Shown piece by piece: positions 14,183 to 23,207 of a stretch of DNA of 64,000 bases; positions within the stretch are counted from its first letter, which is position 1; the number at the start of each line of letters is the position of its first letter. The translations under genes and the position numbers were made by a program. Source of the stretch: an uncultured Acidobacteriota bacterium (lineage in GTDB: Bacteria; Acidobacteriota; Thermoanaerobaculia; Multivoradales; UBA5704). The stretch lies in the NCBI GenBank assembly GCA_963755825.1, contig CAVWLA010000003.1, positions 1,472,940-1,536,939 on the forward strand, given 5' to 3'. The notes beneath the pieces are model-generated. The model ran no database searches. It was not told the origin of the DNA and saw only the letters and a program-made list of their open reading frames with translations.

Positions 14183-14698
14183 ATGGACCCCGCCAACGTC
14201 GATCGGCTGCGCCAGCTCCTCCAGCTCCACGGCGAGGCGCTGGAGCAGAAGCGGCTCCATCCGGAGGCCGGCCGCGAGCAGACGGCCGCGCTCCGCGAGC
14301 GCTTCAACGCCGCCGTGCGGGCGACCATCCTCCCCGTCCTCGAGGAGGTGAAGAACCTGATGGTCGGCCGCGTCGAGTCGGCCGCCCTCTTCCACCAGCT
14401 GACCGCCGCCGGCCTCAGGGTCAGGCTCGACCGCTGGGAGGACTTCGAGCGCTCGCTGCTGTTCTTCGGCGACCCCGGCACGCGCTCGATCCGCATCACC
14501 CATGAGGGGATCGGCTTCGGCCTGCTGTCGCGGAAGGTCGACATCGGCGAGCTGTCGCCCGAGCTGGTCGAGGAGGAGGCGATGAAGTTCCTCCGCCGCC
14601 TCTTCGGCGACGAGCAGCTCCGCCGCAGTGAGCCGGCGGCGGCCGACCGCCGCCCCGCCGCCACCCCGCGCGCCGGCGACGATCTCGTCCGCCCGTAA
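14183..14698 (+). CDS. Hypothetical protein (171 aa)
   Basis: ATG at 14183 with high-GC3 coding ([25 protein letters not shown]...). It is the only coding-like part of the 1284-aa antisense ORF; divergent from carB. Confidence 0.5.
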   Translation: MDPANVDRLRQLLQLHGEALEQKRLHPEAGREQTAALRERFNAAVRATILPVLEEVKNLMVGRVESAALFHQLTAAGLRVRLDRWEDFERSLLFFGDPGTRSIRITHEGIGFGLLSRKVDIGELSPELVEEEAMKFLRRLFGDEQLRRSEPAAADRRPAATPRAGDDLVRP

Positions 14699-14804
14699 AC
14701 GTCGGTCGACAGCCCGAAGCCCGGCCCTGCCGCGTTGCCAGGGTCCGCCCGCCGCGATACCATTCCGGAGCTTCTGCAGATCCTCGAACCAAGGAGAGCG
14801 CGCC

Positions 14805-15953
14805 GTGGATTTTTCCCTCACCCCTGAGCAACGCGCCATCGAAGAGACGGCGCGCGAGTTCGCCCGCCGCGAGGTGGACCCCATCGTCGACGAGATCGAC
14901 GAGAGCCAGCGCTACCCGCGGGAGGTGATGGCGAAGGCCGGCGAGCTGGGATTCCTCGGCATCATCTTCCCGGAGGAGTACGGCGGCGCCGGGCTCGGCT
15001 ATGTCGAGTACGTGCTGGTGGTGACCGAGCTGTCGAAGGTCGACCCCTCGGTCGGCATCAGCGTCGCCGCCCACAACTCGCTGTGCAGCAACCACATCTA
15101 CAAGTTCGGCGACGAGGCGCAGAAGCGCCGCTGGCTGGTGCCGCTGGCCAAGGGCGAGAAGATCGGCGCCTGGAGCCTGACCGAGCCGGGCGCCGGCTCC
15201 GACGCCGCCGGCACGCGGACGCGCGCCGAGAAGGTCGACGGCGGCTGGCTTCTCAACGGCGCCAAGACCTTCACCACCCACGGCAAGGTGGGCGACGTCT
15301 GCGTCGTCTTCGCGGTCACCGACGCCGAGGGTCCGCGGCACCACAACATCTCGGCCTTCGTCCTCGACAAGGGGATGGACGGCTTCCGCACCGGCAAGAA
15401 GGAGAACAAGCTGGGGATCCGCGCCTCCGACACCTCGGAGGTGATCATGGAGAACTGCTTTGTCGGCCCCGACCGGCTGCTGGGCAAGGAGGGCGAGGGT
15501 TTCGTCCAGGCGCTCCAGATCCTGGACGGCGGCCGCATCTCGATCGCCGCGCTCGGCCTCGGCACCGCCATCGGCGCCTACGAGACGGCTCTGCGCTACT
15601 CCAAGCAGCGCGAGCAGTTCGGCAAGCCGATCGCCGAGTTCCAGGCCATCCAGTTCGCCCTCGCCGAGATGTCCACCCGCATCGCCGCGGCGGAGATCCT
15701 GACTCTCGCGGCCGCCGAGGCGATGGACCGCGGCCAGAAGGTGAGCCGGCTCGCCTCCGAGGCCAAGCTGGCGACCGGCGAGGCCGCCGTCTTCTGCTCC
15801 GAGCGCGGCGTGCAGATCCATGGCGGTTACGGCTTCATCAAGGACTACCGCGCCGAGAAGTACTACCGCGACGCCAAGATCTGCACCATCGGCGAGGGGA
15901 CGAGCGAGATCCAGCGCCTGGTGATCGCGCGCCAGCTCCTCAAGGGCAACTGA
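14805..15953 (+). CDS. Acyl-CoA dehydrogenase (short/branched-chain type)
   Basis: GTG at 14805 after an aaggagag SD. ACAD motifs: [35 protein letters not shown]. Confidence 0.9.
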   Translation: MDFSLTPEQRAIEETAREFARREVDPIVDEIDESQRYPREVMAKAGELGFLGIIFPEEYGGAGLGYVEYVLVVTELSKVDPSVGISVAAHNSLCSNHIYKFGDEAQKRRWLVPLAKGEKIGAWSLTEPGAGSDAAGTRTRAEKVDGGWLLNGAKTFTTHGKVGDVCVVFAVTDAEGPRHHNISAFVLDKGMDGFRTGKKENKLGIRASDTSEVIMENCFVGPDRLLGKEGEGFVQALQILDGGRISIAALGLGTAIGAYETALRYSKQREQFGKPIAEFQAIQFALAEMSTRIAAAEILTLAAAEAMDRGQKVSRLASEAKLATGEAAVFCSERGVQIHGGYGFIKDYRAEKYYRDAKICTIGEGTSEIQRLVIARQLLKGN

Positions 15954-16958
15954 ATGCCGGCGCCCGCGCGCCGCTCCGGCTCCCAGCGCGAAGATCTCGA
16001 CGACCTCGTCGCCCGCCTGCTCTCCCGCGAGCCGCGCGCCGTGGCGCGAGCGATCTCGCTCGCCGAGGGCGGCGGGCCGGCGCAGCGCGAGCTCATCGGC
16101 CGCATCTACGAGAAGACCGGCCGGGCGCGTGTCCTCGGCATCACCGGCCCGCCCGGCGCCGGCAAATCGACGCTCGTCGACCGCCTGACCCGCCTCTACC
16201 GCGAGCGCGGCGAGACCGTCGCCGTCCTCGCCGTCGACCCCTCGTCGCCGTTCTCGGGCGGCGCCATCCTCGGCGATCGCATCCGCATGCAGGGCCACTA
16301 CACCGACCCCGGCGTCTATATCCGCTCGATGGCGACGCGCGGCAACATGGGCGGCCTGGCGCGCGCCTCGCGCGACGCCGTCGATCTCGTTGATGCGGCG
16401 GGCTTCGACCGCGTGCTGGTCGAGACGGTGGGCGTCGGCCAGGACGAGGTCGACGTCGTGCGCAGCGTCGACACCGTCGCGGTGGTGACCGTCCCCGGCC
16501 TCGGCGACGACATCCAGGCGATCAAGGCGGGCATCCTCGAGATCGCCGACGTCTTCGCCGTCAACAAGGCCGACCGCGAGGGGGCGGAGCGCTCCGTGCG
16601 CGACCTCCAGATGATGCTAGGGCTGGCCGGCGAGCACGGCGAGTGGGTGCCGCCGATCCTCAAGGTGGTGGCGAGCCGCGGCGAGGGGGTGGCCGAGCTC
16701 GCCGAGGCCGCCGACGGCCATCTCGCCTGGCTGACGGCGAGCGGCGAGCTCGCGGCGCGGCGGCGGAGCCACCTGCGCCTGCGCGTCGAGACCATCCTCA
16801 AAGAGCGGGTGGTGCGCGAGGCCGACCGCGTCCTCGGCTTCGACCGCGAGGTCGAGCGCGGCTTCCTCGCCCGCCTCGACCCCTACCGCGTCGCCGACCG
16901 CCTGTTCGAGGGCGTCGTCCGCACCGAGGCCGCCGCCGCGCGAGAAGGGGGCGCATGA
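15954..16958 (+). CDS. meaB: Methylmalonyl-CoA mutase-associated GTPase MeaB (ArgK family)
   Basis: P-loop GITGPPGAGKSTL, VETVGVGQ and NKAD motifs. Its start abuts the stop of the ACAD gene. Confidence 0.9.
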   Translation: MPAPARRSGSQREDLDDLVARLLSREPRAVARAISLAEGGGPAQRELIGRIYEKTGRARVLGITGPPGAGKSTLVDRLTRLYRERGETVAVLAVDPSSPFSGGAILGDRIRMQGHYTDPGVYIRSMATRGNMGGLARASRDAVDLVDAAGFDRVLVETVGVGQDEVDVVRSVDTVAVVTVPGLGDDIQAIKAGILEIADVFAVNKADREGAERSVRDLQMMLGLAGEHGEWVPPILKVVASRGEGVAELAEAADGHLAWLTASGELAARRRSHLRLRVETILKERVVREADRVLGFDREVERGFLARLDPYRVADRLFEGVVRTEAAAAREGGA

Positions 16959-17389
16959 TCCGCGGCATCGACCACGTCGGCATCGCCGTGCGCTCGATTG
17001 CCGAGGGGCGCAAGCTCTACGAGGCGATGGGGCTCCACGTCGAGGCGATCGAGGAGGTGCCGGCGGAGAAGGTCCGCGTCGCCCTCATCCCCTGCGGCGA
17101 GTCTCGCATCGAGCTCCTCGAGCCCACCGCCGCCGACTCGCCCATCGCCAAGTTCCTCGACAAGCGAGGGCCGGGCATCCATCACCTCTGCCTGGCGAGC
17201 GACGGCGTCGCCGGCGACGACCGGCGCCTCCGCGGCGAGGGGTTCGAGGTGCTCCGCCCCGAGCCGACCCGCGGCGCCGGAGGCTGCTGGGTGCAGTTCG
17301 TCCACCCGCGCTCGACCGGCGGAGTGCTCCTCGAGCTCGCCGAGCCGGGCGAGGACGAGCACCTTCCGGAACCGGAGCCCCAGGCATGA
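16955..17389 (+). CDS. mce: Methylmalonyl-CoA epimerase (glyoxalase/VOC family)
   Basis: MIRGIDHVGIAV...GPGIHHLCL VOC fold. ATGA overlap with the meaB stop. Confidence 0.85.
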   Translation: MIRGIDHVGIAVRSIAEGRKLYEAMGLHVEAIEEVPAEKVRVALIPCGESRIELLEPTAADSPIAKFLDKRGPGIHHLCLASDGVAGDDRRLRGEGFEVLRPEPTRGAGGCWVQFVHPRSTGGVLLELAEPGEDEHLPEPEPQA

Positions 17390-17736
17390 TCCGCGCCGGC
17401 GCGCTCGTCATCGTCCATCTGAGCAATCCGACCGAGAAGTACTGGGGTCTGCTCCAGGACCTCGGAGTGGCGGGGGTGACGGTCCGCGGCATCAGCCTGG
17501 CGAGCTTCGACGACTGGATGCGCCAGGCGACCCGGCCGGGTGACCAGTCGCTCGGCCTGTCGACCATGTTCGTGCCGCTCTTCCGCGTCGAGCGCGTCTT
17601 CCTCGACGAGCCGGTGGGAGAGGTCGAGAGCTACCGCCAGCGCTTCGAGCACCGCGTCGGCGCCCCCGTCGAGCGCTTCCTGGGCCTCGACGACCTTGCC
17701 GGCCCGCGCGACGACGACACGCAGGTGCCTTCCTAG
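17386..17736 (+). CDS. Hypothetical protein (116 aa), last gene of the meaB-mce unit
   Basis: ATGA overlap with the mce stop; high GC3. Confidence 0.55.
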   Translation: MIRAGALVIVHLSNPTEKYWGLLQDLGVAGVTVRGISLASFDDWMRQATRPGDQSLGLSTMFVPLFRVERVFLDEPVGEVESYRQRFEHRVGAPVERFLGLDDLAGPRDDDTQVPS

Positions 17737-17793
17737 TCAGGTCCTCCCCGTCGCCACCACCTCACCGGCCGACACTCAAGGACCAGCACAGCA

Positions 17794-18116
17794 CAGCCAG
17801 GAATAGGTACCTGGCACCTTTCTGGCAGCTCGTACCTCGCCAGTGAGCGGTCTCTCTCGCTAGCAGACAGCCAGGAGTGGGTACCTGGCACCTTCCTTTC
17901 CCTCGGGCTCGACCGCCGGCCCGCCGAGAGATCGTTGTTGCCGATGCCGCGATGAACCCTCGTCACGCAGAGCGAGAGTGTATTGCCTCCTATTTGCCAT
18001 AAGCCTCTCCACTCAATACCCAGTGATAAGTACCTGGCACCTTTTGATCCGCGTTTAGCCGTCGGTTGGTCGGACCATTTCGCCAGCTGGAGGACAGACA
18101 TAGGTACCTGGCACCT
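17794..18116 (+). repeat. Four direct copies of a 16-18-nt repeat, (A)TAGGTACCTGGCACCT(T), at ~17803, ~17877, ~18026 and ~18099, arranged as two pairs with 73-74-bp spacing. Copies 1 and 2 share a longer 27-nt repeat, CAGCCAGGA(A/G)T(A/G)GGTACCTGGCACCTT
   Basis: Read directly from the sequence. The core AGGTACCT is an 8-bp palindrome. The surrounding ~390 bp are clearly GC-poorer than the rest of the window and non-coding. Confidence 0.8.
17812..17827 (+). promoter_or_regulatory. Sigma-54-like -24/-12 element, TGGCACctttcTGGCA, inside repeat copy 1
   Basis: Matches TGGCAC-N5-TTGCW with GG and GC exactly 10 nt apart and one mismatch (TGGCA instead of TTGCA). The other three copies lack the -12 GC. 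Confidence 0.35.
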
Positions 18117-18134
18117 CGTGTTAGCCTCGCGGGC

Positions 18135-18842
18135 GTGATCGTAGTCGACCTCGGCGCCGAGCTCCTCTTCGTCACCCAGCCCGACCACGCGCACCTGAGT
18201 GGCGACATTCTGGGGCTCTGGCGGGCCGACGGCCTACCCGACAATCCGCGGCGGGCCGAGGTCCTCTTCGCCGGCCGCGAGCACGACAACGGCTGGCGCG
18301 AGGCCGACGCGGCGCCGCGCTGGGACGCCGCCGCCGGCCATCCGCACACCTTCGTCTCGATGCCCACCGCCGAGCGCATCGCCATCTGGGAGCGCGCCAC
18401 CGCCCGCTTCGCCGCCAGCCACCCCTACGCCACGCTGCTCATCGCGCAGCACGCCCGCGCTCTCCACCGCGACCGCGTTGGTGACGAGGCCTGGGGCGAT
18501 TTCCATGATTACCTCGACGAGCTCGAGCGCGGCCTTCTCGAGGCGACCGGCGCCGCTCCCGAGGACGTCGCCGCCGACTACCGCTTCCTCGACCTCGCCG
18601 ACCTCATCTCGCTCTCGGCCCTGAACCGCGCCCCCGAGCGCTTCGCCCGCCACGGCTCGAGCGGCCGCCGGGAGGGCGACGCCGTCCACCTCGACCCCTT
18701 CCCCCTCGCCGGCTCGACCGCCTTCTCCGTCCCCTGTCGCCGCATCCCCAACCGCCCCTATGCCGGCGACGCCGACCTCGGCGGCGAGCTCGCGGCGGCG
18801 CGCTGGCAGAGCGTCCGCGTGCGCCTCGCCCCCGAGCCCTGA
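18135..18842 (+). CDS. Hypothetical protein (~235 aa; start uncertain, GTG at 18135 within ORF 18066..18842)
   Basis: High GC3 from about 18135 onward (IVVDLGAELLFVTQPDHAHLSGD...); no family confidently recognised. Confidence 0.5.
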   Translation: MIVVDLGAELLFVTQPDHAHLSGDILGLWRADGLPDNPRRAEVLFAGREHDNGWREADAAPRWDAAAGHPHTFVSMPTAERIAIWERATARFAASHPYATLLIAQHARALHRDRVGDEAWGDFHDYLDELERGLLEATGAAPEDVAADYRFLDLADLISLSALNRAPERFARHGSSGRREGDAVHLDPFPLAGSTAFSVPCRRIPNRPYAGDADLGGELAAARWQSVRVRLAPEP

Positions 18843-18911
18843 GGAGCGCGCCAGGGCACCCGCCGATCGGCTATCGTCCGAGCCGGAGCGCGGAGGCGCG
18901 AGGAGGCGGCG

Positions 18912-19244
18912 ATGATCGGCAGGACCTGGCATGGCTGGACGACGTTCGAGAACGCGGACGCCTACGAGGCTCTGCTCCGCACCGAGATTCTCCCCGGCAT
19001 CCATCGGGTGGCCGGCTTCCGCGGCGCCTACCTCTTGCGCCGCGAGGACGGCGATGAGATGGAGTTCGTCACCCTCACCCTCTTCGATTCGCTGCAGGCG
19101 ATCGAGGAGTTCGCCGGCGAGGACTGCGAGGCGGCGGTGGTGCCGCCGGCGGCACGGCATCTGCTGTCGCGCTTCGATTCGCGCGCCATCCACTTCGAGG
19201 TGCGGCTGACCGCCACCGACCTGGCGCGCCCGGCGGCTTTCTAG
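18912..19244 (+). CDS. Antibiotic-biosynthesis-monooxygenase (ABM/Dabb)-like small protein
   Basis: gaggagg SD; ~110 aa with an ABM-like ferredoxin-fold pattern (EFVTLTLFDSLQAIEEF). Confidence 0.55.
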   Translation: MIGRTWHGWTTFENADAYEALLRTEILPGIHRVAGFRGAYLLRREDGDEMEFVTLTLFDSLQAIEEFAGEDCEAAVVPPAARHLLSRFDSRAIHFEVRLTATDLARPAAF

Positions 19245-19732
19245 GAGGCGCCCTCGGGCCGCGGCGAGAACGGCGGCTTGGCAACCTCCGCCGCCCGCCC
19301 GTCCTCACCGGCGAAGACGACCTGCTCGAAGACGCGCCGGTAGAGGAGCAGGAGGTCGGCGAAGACACGGGAGAAGGCCTGGTCGGTCGACTCCGAGAGC
19401 AGCGGGTGGATCTTGAACAGCGGGGGCAGCGGCGACGGCTCGCCCGCGGCGCCCTCCATCCGGGGCGCACCGCTGGGCAGCGCGTCGGTGCGGGCAAGCT
19501 CCGCGGCGCGTTCGTCGACCAGGTAGAGGGTGTAGAAGAACTCGAAGTGGCCCACGCCGAGGGCGTTCAGGACCTTCTCCAGCGAGTCGAGCTTGGGCAG
19601 CTCCTTGCCGTTCTCGTATTTCGACAGCTGGCTCTTGCCGATCCCCGCCTCGCGCGCCACCCGCGCCTGGCTCTTACCCCGCAGCTCGCGCAGCAGGCCG
19701 AGCGTCCTGCCCAGATTGGCGAACATGTCCAC
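19241..19732 (-). CDS. XRE-family HTH transcriptional regulator
   Basis: N-terminal HTH_XRE (LRELRGKSQARVAREAGIGKSQLSKYENGKELPKLDSLEKVLNAL). Its stop overlaps the ABM gene stop in a convergent CTAG; divergent from ogt. Confidence 0.75.
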   Translation of the reverse strand: MDMFANLGRTLGLLRELRGKSQARVAREAGIGKSQLSKYENGKELPKLDSLEKVLNALGVGHFEFFYTLYLVDERAAELARTDALPSGAPRMEGAAGEPSPLPPLFKIHPLLSESTDQAFSRVFADLLLLYRRVFEQVVFAGEDGRAAEVAKPPFSPRPEGAS

Positions 19733-20027
19733 AAGCGAAATGTACCGGGTGGCGCGGACTCAGGCAAGCTGTAAGTCTTTCTCTACATGATACTTACGCC
19801 GGACCAAGAAATACCCAGAAAGGGCTATTTCATGCTCTTTTATGGAAACGATCATCCATATCTGTTTCTGTATCGGCTTGAAGGTGCCGATCTCAATCAC
19901 GCATCGCGCCGCGATTGGTGTCTCCGCCGGCGAACCTCGCGGAGGTGACGTGCTGAGCGTTCCGGCGGGGCGCGACGGACAGGTTTCCCGGTCTCCTTCC
20001 GCGAGGCGTCGTGTTACCCTCAGGGGC

Positions 20028-20579
20028 ATGCCCGATGCCCAGGAAGACGGCGGCGCCGCCGCCCAGGAGGGCCAGGCCGAGCCGTTGCGCGTGCTTGTTC
20101 CCTCACCCCTGGGACCGCTCGGGATCGAGCTGACGGGGGCGGCGATCAGCCGCCTGCTGATCGATCCCGGCCGCGAGGCCAAGGCTGCCTTCACCCCCTT
20201 CCATAAGTTGAGGGGATCGGACCTGCTGGACGAGCTCTTCGGCCGCCTCTCCGAGTACTTCGCCGGCGCGCGGCGACGGCTGGAGATCGAGTTCGACCTC
20301 GCCGCGAGCGGCCTCGACGGCTTCGCCAAGCGCGTGCTCAAGGAGACGGCGAAGACCCCCTACGGCAAGACGCGGACCTACCGCAGCCTGGCCGACGCCG
20401 CCGGGCGTCCGGACTCCTACCGCCAGGTGCTCTCGATCCTGCTCGAGAACCCCATCCCGATCCTCATCCCCTGCCACCGCGTGGTGACCAGCCGGTCGGG
20501 GATCGGCAGCTACATCGGCGGCGGCGACCGCAAGAAGTGGCTCCTCGACCTCGAGGCCCAGGGTGGCGAGCCGCTCTGA
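20028..20579 (+). CDS. ogt: Methylated-DNA--protein-cysteine methyltransferase
   Basis: Active-site IPCHRVV motif and C-terminal DNA-binding domain. Internal ATG at 20028; the upstream ORF portion is AT-richer and non-coding. Confidence 0.85.
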   Translation: MPDAQEDGGAAAQEGQAEPLRVLVPSPLGPLGIELTGAAISRLLIDPGREAKAAFTPFHKLRGSDLLDELFGRLSEYFAGARRRLEIEFDLAASGLDGFAKRVLKETAKTPYGKTRTYRSLADAAGRPDSYRQVLSILLENPIPILIPCHRVVTSRSGIGSYIGGGDRKKWLLDLEAQGGEPL

Positions 20580-20619
20580 CCCCCGCGGCCCCGCGGCCGA
20601 CAGACCTTAAGCAGCCCGG

Positions 20620-20652
20620 ACAAAAGAAAAGCGGGGCCCGAAGGCCCCGCCG
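20620..20652 (-). terminator. Rho-independent terminator for the minus-strand PEGA-protein gene
   Basis: 8-bp GC stem (GCGGGGCC-cgaa-GGCCCCGC) followed on the minus strand by TTTTCTTTT. Confidence 0.55.
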
Positions 20653-20676
20653 GTGCTCGCGAGCTGCCGCGCGCGG

Positions 20677-21867
20677 CTACTGCTGCTGCAGGTCGATCTG
20701 GAGGACGGTGTCCTCGCCGCCCTTGGCGGTGAAGTGCCGCTCCTCCGAGTGACGGCCAGGACGGACGATCGACAGCGTGTGATCGCCGGCGAGGACCATG
20801 AGGCCGCCGCCCTGCGCGACCTCCTCGGCGGTGCCGGCGAAGCGGCCGTCCAGGTAGACCGAGGCGTCGCCCGGCGTCACCTGCAGCCGCAGCATGCCCT
20901 GGTGGCGCGATCCGGCCACCGGCGGCGGCGGAGCGCCGCGGTCGTCGTCGCGATCCCCATCGGGCCGCCTCGGCGCCCGGTCGGCGCGATCGCGCCAATC
21001 GCCGTTTCCGCCGCGGTCGTCGCCGTCGCGCGAGTAGCGGTCGGCGCGATCCTGCATCTCACGATCCTGCTGCAGGCGCGCGTCGCGGCGGTCGTGCGTC
21101 TTGGTCTGCAGATCCTCGGGGCGGATCGACGGGCCGCGGTCGAGGCGGTCGGTCCAGTCCACCACCAGGCCGCGGTAGATGGTCACCTGGCGGGCGAGGG
21201 TCTTGTAGCCCTCGCGGTAGAAGACCAGGTCGTAGGTGCCGGGATCGAGCCACAGGTACTGCGGCCAGCCGTCGAAGTCGTCGACGACGCCGATGTACTG
21301 CCCGTCGAGATAGACCTGGGTGTCGGCCGGCGACAGGTCGAGGTCGAGGGCGCCCTGGTCGTCGCGGCGGGCGCGGTCGCCGCCGTAGGCGTAGGGAGGC
21401 GCGTCCCAGCCGTCCCACCCGTAGTAGCCGTAGTACGGCCAGTAGTCATAGGGGAAGCCCCAGAAGAACGGCGTCCCCCAGGTGAACGCGAAGCTGCCGT
21501 AGAAGCGCGGGAAGTAGCCGAAGTGGCCAGGGCCGAAGCCGAAGCCGAAACGGCCGAAGTTGCCGCGCCGGAAACCGTTGCCATGGAAGCCGCCGACGTT
21601 GCCGTGGAAGCCGCCGTGGAAACCGGTGCTGCCATGGAAGCCGCCGGTGCCGTGTGAGCCGCTGCCATGGCCGGAGGTCGAGATGTGCGACGAGTGCATG
21701 CCGCCGCCCGAGTGGCCGCCGCCGCTGTGGCCGCCGCCGTGGGACGCGGCGAATGCCGGGACGCTCGCCATCAGCAGGGCGGCGCCCAGCATGGCCGGGA
21801 CGGAGAGCCGCCCCGCGCGATGGTCGCGGAACCGGATGGTCCGCGCTTGCTCCAAGAACCGAATCAT
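20677..21867 (-). CDS. Secreted Gly/His-rich, aromatic-rich protein with two PEGA domains (396 aa)
   Basis: ATG at 21867 overlaps the stop of the upstream GT2 gene (ATGA). Signal peptide (...LLMASVPAFAAS); HGGGHSGGGHSGGG and GFHGxxGFHG repeats; an FGYFPRFYGSFAFTWGTPFFWGFPYDYWPYYGYYGW block; an RDDR low-complexity linker; two PEGA-like segments (VYLDGQYIGVVDD..., VYLDGRFAGTAEE...). The first 258 codons of the ORF are artefact. Confidence 0.7.
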   Translation of the reverse strand: MIRFLEQARTIRFRDHRAGRLSVPAMLGAALLMASVPAFAASHGGGHSGGGHSGGGMHSSHISTSGHGSGSHGTGGFHGSTGFHGGFHGNVGGFHGNGFRRGNFGRFGFGFGPGHFGYFPRFYGSFAFTWGTPFFWGFPYDYWPYYGYYGWDGWDAPPYAYGGDRARRDDQGALDLDLSPADTQVYLDGQYIGVVDDFDGWPQYLWLDPGTYDLVFYREGYKTLARQVTIYRGLVVDWTDRLDRGPSIRPEDLQTKTHDRRDARLQQDREMQDRADRYSRDGDDRGGNGDWRDRADRAPRRPDGDRDDDRGAPPPPVAGSRHQGMLRLQVTPGDASVYLDGRFAGTAEEVAQGGGLMVLAGDHTLSIVRPGRHSEERHFTAKGGEDTVLQIDLQQQ

Positions 21868-22787
21868 GGCGTTTCTCCTTCGCCGTCGTGCCACGCTCTG
21901 TGAAGACCTCGGATGTAATGGTACCTGAGGGCTTCTTGCCACGCACGAGGCATCGTTACAGGAAGATTTTGCAAGCCGCGGACCAGGGCCTCGCGGACCC
22001 TCTGGCGCCGCCCCGAGGGCAGCGGCGGCGGACCGTCCGGCCCGACGCCGACGAACGATCCGAGCTCGGGATGGAGGCGGTAGAAGACGACTCCGCAGTA
22101 GCCGGCCTTCTCCTGGCGCACGGCGAAGCGCTGGAAATCGGTCGGATGGTCGTGGGCGACGACAGCCGCCGGCTCGTAGACCATGCGCAGGCCGCGCCGC
22201 TGCAGGCGGTAGGCGACCTCGATATCTTCCCATGCCGCATAGGGAAACGAGAGGTCGAAGGGCTCGGCGAGGAGGAGGTCGCGGGCGAGCGAGATGTTCG
22301 AGGTGTAGAAGAAGTTGAAGGGGACCTCCTCGCGGTCGCGGATGAGCGCGTAGCCGAACTGCAGGCCGTGCTCGTTGATGTAGCGCAGGAAGGGCGTCAG
22401 GCGCATCCGCGGGTGCCAGCCGGTGTAGCCCAAGACCGCCACGCGCGGGTCGTCGCCGCGCTCCGTATGGGCGGCGCGATGGGCCGCCAGCCATCCTCTC
22501 GCGGGGACGGTGTCGTCCCCCAGAAAGGCCACCCAGCGGCCGGCGGCGACGGCGACCCCGGTGTTCCTCGCCGCCGCCGGTCCGGCGTTCTCCTGGGTGA
22601 GCGAGCGCAGGGCGAGCGACCCCGGGCGGGAGCGCAGCCATTCGGTCGTCCCGTCGTGCGACCCGTCGTCGACCACCACCACCTCGAAGCTCGGCGCCCC
22701 CTCCTGCGCCTCGAGCGCGGCGAGCACCTCGCGGAGCACCTCGAGCCGGTTGTGGGTGGGGATGACGACCGAGACCTCGGGACCCAT
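21864..22787 (-). CDS. Glycosyltransferase family 2 protein
   Basis: VSVVIPTHNRLEVL...VVVDDGSHDGT, the GT-A fold DxD region and AWEDIE. Confidence 0.85.
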   Translation of the reverse strand: MGPEVSVVIPTHNRLEVLREVLAALEAQEGAPSFEVVVVDDGSHDGTTEWLRSRPGSLALRSLTQENAGPAAARNTGVAVAAGRWVAFLGDDTVPARGWLAAHRAAHTERGDDPRVAVLGYTGWHPRMRLTPFLRYINEHGLQFGYALIRDREEVPFNFFYTSNISLARDLLLAEPFDLSFPYAAWEDIEVAYRLQRRGLRMVYEPAAVVAHDHPTDFQRFAVRQEKAGYCGVVFYRLHPELGSFVGVGPDGPPPLPSGRRQRVREALVRGLQNLPVTMPRAWQEALRYHYIRGLHRAWHDGEGETP

Positions 22788-23207
22788 GCCTGAAGCTTAC
22801 CCCCGGAAGCTCACCCGAGGCGGCGGGTGCGGGGCCGAGCCGAGCCCGGCCCCGCGAGGGGCGGCAAGCCCGTGCGAGCGGTTGCGTGGACCGACCGCGC
22901 GGGAGGTGGGATGAGGGCCGGGGCTCGGGGTTCGCGGCGGGAACTGCCGCCGTCGAGCCGGGCGACCGGGTGGGACGTCCGCCCCGAATGGCCCTTCAAG
23001 AGACCAAGGTGCTCACTAATTAATAAAGGTGACAATCGTCTATGCGATTCCGGGTCCGCGGACTGCGGGTGCCGGAACACTTCCCCGCCCTCGCCGGTTC
23101 TCCCTGTCGGAGCCCGTGCCGCGGGTCCGCGGCGCCGGCCTCTCCAACCACACAATGTTCGACGGCGCGGCCGCGGCTGGCCGCAGCCGAGGCCAAGGAG
23201 GTCTCAG

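Noticed and set aside
17794-18116. Possible CRISPR array
   Set aside because: Repeats are only 16-18 nt, the spacers are irregular (about 56, 131 and 56 nt) and there are no cas genes nearby. Treated as a regulatory or sRNA repeat array instead
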